Source: Chloroflexota bacterium
GTDB taxonomy: Bacteria > Chloroflexota > Limnocylindria > P2-11E
Assembly (NCBI GenBank): GCA_005883775.1
Contig: VBEU01000162.1
Span: 1-44,067 of the forward strand
Direction of reading: 5' to 3'
DNA length: 44,067 nucleotides
Below are positions 36,892 through 44,067 of this stretch, piece by piece (position 1 is the stretch's first letter; every line of letters begins with the position of its first letter). A program made the position numbers and the translations under genes. The notes below the pieces were generated by a model. It saw nothing but the letters and a program-made list of their open reading frames with translations. It had not been told where the DNA came from and made no database searches.

Positions 36892-39800
36892 CGAGCAGCC
36901 GGGTGAAACCCGGCGAGCTGCTCCACGAAATGAGCGCCGCGACGGTGAGGGCGACCGCGAAGGCCAGAGCGAGACGGCCGAAGAGCGCCGTCGCCGAGAA
37001 CGATGAGCCGATCGTCGGACTGCAAACGAACGTGGGATAGAAGGTGCACTCGTATGCCCAGGTCGGAAGGATGAAGAACATGCCCGCCTGCGCTCCCGGA
37101 AATGGCTGAGCCGAGATGAACGGGTAGAAGTACGCGAACGCCGCCGCAGCGAGCCCGAGGTAACCCACCACCAGACGGGCTCGGCCCGTCTCCCAGAGGT
37201 ATGCGAGCCCCGCAGCAAGCGCCAGCAGATAGAACGGCAGCACCGTGAAGAAGTGGTAGAAGAAGAGCACGCGTCCGATCGGGATCCAGGCGACGTACTG
37301 CACCAGGCCGGCCAGGACCACGAAGGCAAGCGCCACCGAGCGCGCGAGGACCGCGGCGACCACGCACCAGCCGAATGCGACAAGGCCGGCCCAGAAGAGC
37401 ACGACGTTGCCGGCGTCGTAGATGTAGGCGTTGTCGCCGCCGGTCGACGCACCGAAGTACCAGTAGACGGGCTTCAGGACCAACGGCCAGCTCCACCACG
37501 GCGACCCGGCGGGATGCGGCGCGGTCAGGCCCGAGTGGTACCAGTACATCTGCTGCGTCAACTCGACGAGGCTCCAGCCGTACGGGATCGTCGGGCCGCC
37601 GAACCAGCGCACGTAGCTCGCGAGGTAGATCCCGGCGGGGATGGCGGCGAACGCGATGAAAAGCATGACGGCGTTGAGGCCGCGGCGCGCGAAGAGGTCG
37701 AGCGGCCCGCCGGTCCCGGGGCGCCCGCGCTCGTAGGCACGCGCGGTCACTGCGATCGACGCGACGAGCAAGCCGACCAGGGTGTAGGCGCCCGCCCATT
37801 TCGCCGCGAGCGCGAGCCCGAAAAGCACGCCGGCGATGAGCACGTCGAGCGTGGCCCACCGTCGCGGTCGGTGTGCCGCGACCACGAAATACCAGCCCGC
37901 GACGATGAGGGTGGCAACGTAGATGTCGTTCATCCCGATCCGCGCCTGGGCGAACATCGACCCGTCGATGAGCACCGCGAGGCCGACGAGCGCCGGGAGG
38001 ACCGTCGAAGCGAAGAGCCGCCGCGCGAGGAGCACAAGGAGGAACGCCAGGACCGCGGCGAAGAGGACACCGGGGAGCCGCCAGGCGAGCGCGTGACGAC
38101 CGGTCTCGATGAGATCGGCACCCGTGGCGCCGGCGACGACGAGCTTGTCGCCTTCTCCGTCGACCCCAAGAAAAGATCCCGTGACGGGAATCGACGCGTA
38201 GGGGGACGACCCGTGGGTCTCGACCACCACGACGCGGCCTTCGTCGAGCGCGTAAAGGAAATCGGTGCGCGGTACGACGGCGAGCGCGGTGGCGGCGGTC
38301 GAGAACGTGCCGGTGCGCGCGTTCGCGAGTGAGACTGCGTCGTGCGATCCGGTCTCGAGCTCGAACACGTCGAGCATCGGCGCGTCGGCCCGCGCGACGA
38401 AGATACGGTTGGGGCCTTGCGCGTAGGCGATGGCGGTCCCGGGCCGGCCGCCGGTGAGCGCACGCGTTTCTTGCGCCGTGTCCGATGAGATGACGTGCAC
38501 GGTGCCCTGCGGGTCGAGGACGTAGAGCTCGCTCCCGTCCGTCTTCGTCGTGACCGCGACCGTGGGGACGGGGATGACGGTCGGTGTTGCGTCGACGGTC
38601 GCGTAGATCGCGAGCGAGCTCGGACCGCCGACGACGACACGATCGCCCGCGAGCGAAAGCGAGCGCGCGCCGGCGAAGGGCAGCTGGATCTTCTGGAGCT
38701 GGGTGTTGCTCGGCACGTCCGCGAGTGGGATGACGACGAGCGCGTCGCTCGTCATCGCGATGATCCGGTCACCCTGGATCGCGAGCGCCTTGGCGTCGAC
38801 GCCCAGTGCGCGGCTCGCCGCGGCCCCACCGCGCGGTTGCACGACGACCTCAGAACCATCGGCGATCGAGACACGGGTGCCGTCATTTCCGACGACGAAG
38901 GCGCTCGGTTGGCCCTGCGGCTGCCTCGTCTCGTGGCCGACCACGCGATCGTCCCCGAAGGCGAGGATGCCGAGCGCCATGATCTCCTTCGCGAGGTGCG
39001 GGTGGGTCCACTCGTACGGCTCGCGCTCGGCAAGGAGCTCGAAGGCGGTACGCGCGTGGTAGACCTCATCGAAGTACATCTCGCGGGGCCAGTCGAGGCG
39101 GTATCCGCGGGTCGCGAGCACGGCGAGCGCGACGAGCGTTGCGACGGCCACGTCGCGCCGGGTCGGCAGGCGGCCCGGGCTGAGCCCCGCTGGCAGAACC
39201 CACCGTCGTTCACCTGGCGTGGGTACGCCGCGGCCGCCCCAGACATAGTCGCTCTCGAGGCGCGCGTCGCCACGCACGAGACGCCAGACCAGGTACGCGG
39301 CGACGCCCATCATCACGAGCGCGATCCCGATTTGACCGGGACGGCTGAAGATGGTCGCTTCGATGATCTGCGGAACGCGCAGATCCACGTACTGCTCGTA
39401 CCGCGTGAACGCGTAGTAGAGCGACAACGCGAAGGTGAGCGCGAGCACCACGTAGGGCACCAACACGCGCGTGCGCGCGACGGCGAGCGGGAGCGCGAGC
39501 GCGAAGACCGGGAAGAGGTAGCGCTCGTGCGCGCGTGTCGGGAGGAAGTAGAACGCGAGGCCGGCGAGCACGGCACACGCCAGAAGCGTTGCCGTGTCCC
39601 GCCGCCACCAGAGGGGGATCGCCGACGCGATCAGTCCGATCACGAGCAGGACTCCGCCCCAGAACACGAGATCCGTGTCCGATTTCCAGAAGTCGAAGAA
39701 GACCGACCACAGGTTGAACGCGTAGAGCGACGTGTAGGGGTAGGTCTCCGACGCGCTGCGGACCAGCTGAACGAGCTCGGCCACGATGCGCGTGGGGTCG

Positions 39801-40471
39801 AGGCCCCAGAACGGGACCGAGAGCACGTAGGCGGTCCCGGCGGCGGCGCCGAGCGTCGCTCCGAGGGGGCGCCACCGCGCTTCGCGAACGAACTCGAATG
39901 CCGCTGCCGCGACGATCACGAGGAGCCCGATGCCGAACTGGGGCTTCACAAGCGCGGCAAGGGTCCCGAGGGCGCCGGCGAGCCACCATCGCCGCGACCC
40001 GGCGGCGACGATGGAGCCGAAGAGCGGTAGGGTCCCCACCGCATCGACCTGGCCCCAGTACGGTCCCGCGAAGATCGCACCCGGCTGGAGTGACCAGATC
40101 GCAGCGGCGGCGATCGCGGAGGTGCGCCCGGCCGTGCGCCAGAGCACGCGCGCGGCTAGGACAGCGATCCCGATGTCGGCGGGGATGCTGATCGCTTTGA
40201 CCGCAAGCCGAAGGAGCTCGCCGTCGAAGAGCGCACCGAGGAGCCACAACACGTACAGGAAGGCGGGCGGGTAATCGCTGAAATAGCCGGGCTCGTAGAA
40301 GCGACCGGGACCGATCTCCGCGAGCCGCTCGGCCCACGCTTCGAACGTGCCCACGTCGGTCGGGAAACCCTGGGCGCGCACCGCGAGAAGGCGGATCACG
40401 ACACCTAGGGCGATGGCCCCCGCCACAACGAGCTGCGCGCGGCGCTCGCCGCGCCCCTGGTCGTCGTTCAT
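36863..40471 (-). CDS. Fusion of two GT-C glycosyltransferase domains: N-terminal GT87/PIG-M-like and C-terminal PMT (GT39) with an inserted beta-propeller-like domain
   Basis: N-domain: DYPP, WGQVD, KPQ, HERY. PMT domain: YFDEVYH, THPHLAK, WRLP, QARIGMND, KW, HP..SPWWSWP, FFYHF. Confidence 0.85.
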   Translation of the reverse strand: MNDDQGRGERRAQLVVAGAIALGVVIRLLAVRAQGFPTDVGTFEAWAERLAEIGPGRFYEPGYFSDYPPAFLYVLWLLGALFDGELLRLAVKAISIPADIGIAVLAARVLWRTAGRTSAIAAAAIWSLQPGAIFAGPYWGQVDAVGTLPLFGSIVAAGSRRWWLAGALGTLAALVKPQFGIGLLVIVAAAAFEFVREARWRPLGATLGAAAGTAYVLSVPFWGLDPTRIVAELVQLVRSASETYPYTSLYAFNLWSVFFDFWKSDTDLVFWGGVLLVIGLIASAIPLWWRRDTATLLACAVLAGLAFYFLPTRAHERYLFPVFALALPLAVARTRVLVPYVVLALTFALSLYYAFTRYEQYVDLRVPQIIEATIFSRPGQIGIALVMMGVAAYLVWRLVRGDARLESDYVWGGRGVPTPGERRWVLPAGLSPGRLPTRRDVAVATLVALAVLATRGYRLDWPREMYFDEVYHARTAFELLAEREPYEWTHPHLAKEIMALGILAFGDDRVVGHETRQPQGQPSAFVVGNDGTRVSIADGSEVVVQPRGGAAASRALGVDAKALAIQGDRIIAMTSDALVVIPLADVPSNTQLQKIQLPFAGARSLSLAGDRVVVGGPSSLAIYATVDATPTVIPVPTVAVTTKTDGSELYVLDPQGTVHVISSDTAQETRALTGGRPGTAIAYAQGPNRIFVARADAPMLDVFELETGSHDAVSLANARTGTFSTAATALAVVPRTDFLYALDEGRVVVVETHGSSPYASIPVTGSFLGVDGEGDKLVVAGATGADLIETGRHALAWRLPGVLFAAVLAFLLVLLARRLFASTVLPALVGLAVLIDGSMFAQARIGMNDIYVATLIVAGWYFVVAAHRPRRWATLDVLIAGVLFGLALAAKWAGAYTLVGLLVASIAVTARAYERGRPGTGGPLDLFARRGLNAVMLFIAFAAIPAGIYLASYVRWFGGPTIPYGWSLVELTQQMYWYHSGLTAPHPAGSPWWSWPLVLKPVYWYFGASTGGDNAYIYDAGNVVLFWAGLVAFGWCVVAAVLARSVALAFVVLAGLVQYVAWIPIGRVLFFYHFFTVLPFYLLALAAGLAYLWETGRARLVVGYLGLAAAAFAYFYPFISAQPFPGAQAGMFFILPTWAYECTFYPTFVCSPTIGSSFSATALFGRLALAFAVALTVAALISWSSSPGFTRLLATVRSGTRR

Positions 40472-41658
40472 TGCCAGTACTCGAAGCGCGTGATCGCGAT
40501 CGTTGCATAGATGTTTACAGCGAGCGAAAGAACGATCGCGAGGATAAAGATGATCGTCGGCCGGCGCCGCCAGATCCCGCGGAACAGGCCGTCGCCGGCG
40601 AGCGCGAGCGCGATGAGGAACGGCTGCGCGTCGATGCTGAAGCGGTACCCGAACTGCTGGAATCCGACGGTGCCGTGGAAGAGATCGGGCAGAAGCGCAA
40701 GGAGCGCCGCCAGCGCGGTCGCGGCAACGACGATGTCACGGCGGATCTCGCGAAGCGCGAGGAAGATCCAAACGAACGCCGGCGTGGTCAGAAACAGACT
40801 CATCCCGATGAAGTGCGGACGGAGAAAGAATGGCGTTCCGGGAACAAAGTCTGGCGGCTCGAGGAAGATCGCTTTGAGGTGCCGTAGCAGGTAGAGCGGC
40901 GAGAAGAGCCCGTGGTTGAAGAAAACGTCGCCCTGGGTGAGCTGCGCGTAGCCGTCATCGAGCGGCGTCCCCCACCGCAAGAGGTTGTAACCGACATAGA
41001 GAAGGGCGAGGGGCACGCCGCCGGCGATGACCCCGCCGAGGGAGCGCCTGTAGCCCGTTCCGGCCCGGCGCGCGCACAGCAGCGCGAGGGCCGGGGCGGC
41101 GAGCGCGACCGGCAGACGGGCGAGCGCGGAGATGCCGACCAACGCGCCCACCGCGACCGCGCTGCCGCCGCGCGCCGCGACGGCGAAGGCCAGGGCTAAG
41201 AAGAGCATCGACGCCGAGTGCGCCGCGAACCAGGCGCGGCCGTCGACACTCGAGAAGAGAAGCGTCGTTCCGAACGCCGAGAGGAGCGCGCCCGCGAGCG
41301 CGTACGTTCGCGGCGTTCCGTACGCGCGCAGCCCGTAGTAGAGGACTCCGGCGGACGCGCCACCGGCGATCCGCGACGCGACGACCTGCGCGACGGCCGT
41401 GGGAAAGAACGGCGCGAGCGGAAGCGAGAGGATCGCGGGGAGCGGCGGATAGACGACGCAGTAACGACCGTCGCCGCAGGGGAGGAGCTCGTTCAGCCAG
41501 GACGGCGCCTCGGTCAGCCACCAGCGGCCGTGGAGGAACGCGTCCGCGAGCCGGCCGTAATAGTCGTAGTCGGTGGCGAGCCCGATGCCGGCGCCCGCAT
41601 AGACAGCCGCCGCGACCACACCGATCCATATCGCGGCTGTTCGGTCCGACACGGTCAT
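40468..41658 (-). CDS. Multi-pass membrane protein, probable GT-C superfamily glycosyltransferase
   Basis: YYGRLADAFLHG, YPPLPA, ARL, YNLLRWGTP, FGYRFSID; many TM segments; ATGA coupling to the PMT fusion. Confidence 0.6.
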   Translation of the reverse strand: MTVSDRTAAIWIGVVAAAVYAGAGIGLATDYDYYGRLADAFLHGRWWLTEAPSWLNELLPCGDGRYCVVYPPLPAILSLPLAPFFPTAVAQVVASRIAGGASAGVLYYGLRAYGTPRTYALAGALLSAFGTTLLFSSVDGRAWFAAHSASMLFLALAFAVAARGGSAVAVGALVGISALARLPVALAAPALALLCARRAGTGYRRSLGGVIAGGVPLALLYVGYNLLRWGTPLDDGYAQLTQGDVFFNHGLFSPLYLLRHLKAIFLEPPDFVPGTPFFLRPHFIGMSLFLTTPAFVWIFLALREIRRDIVVAATALAALLALLPDLFHGTVGFQQFGYRFSIDAQPFLIALALAGDGLFRGIWRRRPTIIFILAIVLSLAVNIYATIAITRFEYWQ

Positions 41659-41688
41659 TCGCTATGAACACGCTAACCTTGGCCGTCA

Positions 41689-42411
41689 GTGCCCGCACGG
41701 CTCGACGGCCTCTCCTTCTTCTTCCCCGCACTGAACGAAGAGGACAACGTGGCGCCGATCGTGGAAGAGGCCGTCGCCGTCTTGCCACGTTTCGCCGACG
41801 ACATCGAGATCACCGTCGTCGACGACGGGAGCACCGACCGCACCGGCGGGATCGCCGACGAGCTGGCCACGAAGGATCCACACGTCCGGGTGATCCATCA
41901 CGGCACCCGCCGCGGCTACGGGGGCGCAGTCCGCTCGGGCCTGCGCGCCGCCACCAAGAACTGGATCTTCTTCACCGACGGCGACCGACAGTTCGCGCTC
42001 GAAGACCTGGGGCTGCTCGTCGCGGCGAGCGACGGGGTGGACGCCGTCGTGGGCTTCCGGAAAAAGCGGGCCGACCCGGCGCGACGGCTCTTCGTCGCCT
42101 GGGTCTACAACCGCCTCATCCGGCTCCTCTTCGGCGGTGGCTGGCGCGACGTCGACTGCGCGTTCAAGCTGTTTCGACGAGAGGTGTTCGAGCGGGTGCC
42201 GCTCGAACGGGTTCACTCAGAGGGCGCGTTCTTTTCGCCAGAGCTGCTCATCACCATGCGCCGGGCGGGGGTCCGCGTGCGTCAAGTCGGCGTGCGGCAC
42301 TTCCCGCGCACGGCTCACGAGCCCAAGGGCGCGTCACCGCGGGTGATCGTCCGCGCGATCCGTGACCTCATTCGGCTACGCATCCGGCTCTGGCTCAGTC
42401 CCGCCGGCTAG
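41689..42411 (+). CDS. GT2 polyprenol-phosphate sugar synthase (DPM1/Ppm1-like)
   Basis: FPALNEE, VDDGSTD, GYGGAVRSG, FTDGDRQF, DVDCAFKLFRR. Confidence 0.85.
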   Translation: MPARLDGLSFFFPALNEEDNVAPIVEEAVAVLPRFADDIEITVVDDGSTDRTGGIADELATKDPHVRVIHHGTRRGYGGAVRSGLRAATKNWIFFTDGDRQFALEDLGLLVAASDGVDAVVGFRKKRADPARRLFVAWVYNRLIRLLFGGGWRDVDCAFKLFRREVFERVPLERVHSEGAFFSPELLITMRRAGVRVRQVGVRHFPRTAHEPKGASPRVIVRAIRDLIRLRIRLWLSPAG

Positions 42412-43706
42412 CGGCGCTCGAGACGCCAGATGTCCGCGAGGGTCTCACGTTCGCGGATCACGCGCGCCTGGCCCTCATCGAGAAGGACCACCGCGGGCCG
42501 CGGGGTCTGGTTGTAGTTCGACGACATCGCGACGCTGTACGCACCCGCGGCCGGGATCGCGAGGATGTCCCCCGATCGTGCTGTCGGCAGACGCACCGAG
42601 CGAATGAGCAGGTCACCGGACTCGCAGTACCGGCCGGCGACGGCGACCTCTTCGGCCGCCTTCTCGCCCGCGCGCGCGGCCAGCACGGCGCTGTACTCGG
42701 CACCGTAGAGCGCGGGGCGGATGTTGTCACCCATCCCGCCATCGACGGCGACGAACGTCCGCACGTCCGGCACGCGTTTGGTCCCGACGACGCGATACAG
42801 CGCGACGGCAGCCCGTCCTACGAGCCCGCGGCCGGGCTCGACGTAGATCGTCGCGCCCCGAAGCGCGCGATCCTTCCGCACCGGTTGCGTCACGGCCCGC
42901 GCGTAATCATCGAGCTCGGGTGCCTCCTCGCTGGCGCGAAGACGGACCGCGACGCCCCCTCCCATTCCCAGTTCGGTGATAGGCGCGCCGGTGTCCGCGC
43001 GCACCTCGTTCGCGAAGGCCACGAGAGCGCGCGCGAGCTCACCGTAGGGCCGCGCGTCGCGGACCTGGGCGCCGAGGTGCGCGTGGATGCCGACGAGGGT
43101 GAGGCCCTTCGTGCGCGCGATCTCGCGCGCCTGGGCGAGGGCTTCGCCGGTGCTGATCGGCGCGCCGAACTTGCTATCGATCGTTCCGGTGACGAGGTGC
43201 GGATGCGTGTCCACCTCGATTCCAGGCGCGACGCGCAGCCACACCGCCTGCGGCCGGCGCCGGCCATGCGTCAGCCGCGCGAGCCGCTCGATGTCGTGGG
43301 CGCCATCGACGACGAACCGCCCGACCCGCGCCTCGAGGGCGCCGGCGACCTCGTCGTCCGGTTTCGCGTTGCCGTGCAGCTCCATCCGCGATAGCGGGAA
43401 CCCGGCCCGCCGCGCCGCCTGAAGCTCTCCCAAGGACGCGACGCTTGCGTCGATGCCCTCACGTGCGATGACCCCACCGACCCCGATCAGCGCGCAGGCC
43501 TTGACGGAGTACGCCACTCGGACCGGTCGGTGGCGAAAGAAAGCGTCGACGTACTCCCGCAAGCTCGACCGGATCGTCTCGGCGTCGTAGACGTAGAGCG
43601 GCGTGCCGTAACGGTCGGCGAGCGCCGCAAGATCGTGCGTCCGGATGCGGACGTGTCCGTCGCGGCCGACGACGGTACCGAGGGGCCAGATCGCGGGCTC
43701 GATCAC
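42408..43706 (-). CDS. lysA: Diaminopimelate decarboxylase
   Basis: YGTPLYVYD, YSVKA (PLP Lys), HGNAK, SKFG, EPGR, DNIRPALY, CESGD, MSSNYN. Confidence 0.95.
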   Translation of the reverse strand: MIEPAIWPLGTVVGRDGHVRIRTHDLAALADRYGTPLYVYDAETIRSSLREYVDAFFRHRPVRVAYSVKACALIGVGGVIAREGIDASVASLGELQAARRAGFPLSRMELHGNAKPDDEVAGALEARVGRFVVDGAHDIERLARLTHGRRRPQAVWLRVAPGIEVDTHPHLVTGTIDSKFGAPISTGEALAQAREIARTKGLTLVGIHAHLGAQVRDARPYGELARALVAFANEVRADTGAPITELGMGGGVAVRLRASEEAPELDDYARAVTQPVRKDRALRGATIYVEPGRGLVGRAAVALYRVVGTKRVPDVRTFVAVDGGMGDNIRPALYGAEYSAVLAARAGEKAAEEVAVAGRYCESGDLLIRSVRLPTARSGDILAIPAAGAYSVAMSSNYNQTPRPAVVLLDEGQARVIRERETLADIWRLERR

Positions 43707-43710
43707 GCCC

Positions 43711-44067
43711 TCAGGAGTTCTGTTGCGGGTCGTCTGGCAACGACTCGATGAACTCCTTGAACACCGAGAGCTCGTTGTCGTCGCTTGACTCGGCGGTGAT
43801 GGCCGATCGATCGAGGACCGTCTCGCTCACGAGGATGCGCGCGGAGCAGCGGACCGCCAGAGCGATCGCGTCGGATGGGCGGCAGTCGACCTCGATCTCG
43901 CGGTCGGCGATCTGGAGGAACACGCTTCCGTGGAAGACACCGCCGCCGGCCTCGTCGGCGACCAGGTCCTTTACCACCACACGAGTGATCTCGGCGCCGA
44001 TCTTCGTGAGCATGTCGACGATGAGGTCGTGGGTGAGCGGACGCTCGCTGGTGATCCCGGCGATCCG
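43711..44067 (-). CDS. Bifunctional nuclease family protein (DUF151), 5' truncated by window edge
   Basis: RPLTHDL and DCRPSDAIALAVR motifs; frame open to the window end. Confidence 0.9.
   Translation of the reverse strand, partial: RIAGITSERPLTHDLIVDMLTKIGAEITRVVVKDLVADEAGGGVFHGSVFLQIADREIEVDCRPSDAIALAVRCSARILVSETVLDRSAITAESSDDNELSVFKEFIESLPDDPQQNS

Overview
High-GC, gene-dense bacterial chromosome segment with about 40 CDS and one tRNA-Arg(CCG). I found no mobile element or CRISPR array. The gene set (PASTA kinase, opcA, ricT next to holB, PMT-type glycosyltransferases, many apparently leaderless genes) suggests a monoderm organism, plausibly Chloroflexota; the taxonomy is inference only. 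Left part, in order: 3' part of arsM with a coupled 25-aa Cys-pair peptide; holB-ricT; DinB-like protein; polyprenyl synthase; interrupted class A PBP; AAA ATPase plus small protein; tRNA-Arg; tatC; rarA. Then an ArsR-led operon resembling mycobacterial PI/PIM synthesis (PIP synthase, ino1, two PatA-like acyltransferases, PHP phosphoesterase, pimA-like GT4) and a peptide-type ABC transporter without ATPase genes. Right part: CoA-transferase and enoyl-CoA hydratase; htpX-lemA; gluconate/pentose phosphate genes (gntK, tkt, gnd, zwf, opcA); a non-RD PASTA kinase with a PP2C; a double GT-C/PMT fusion plus another GT-C and a GT2; lysA; a partial DUF151 nuclease. Most interesting: the PIM-like glycolipid operon, whose extra genes are candidates for unassigned enzymatic steps; the ArsM-coupled Cys peptide; the GT-C glycosylation locus; and sigma54-like promoters, one with an RBS-occluding hairpin. 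Three genes (PBP, ECH, lemA) lack internal conserved segments, which is more likely an assembly artefact than biology.
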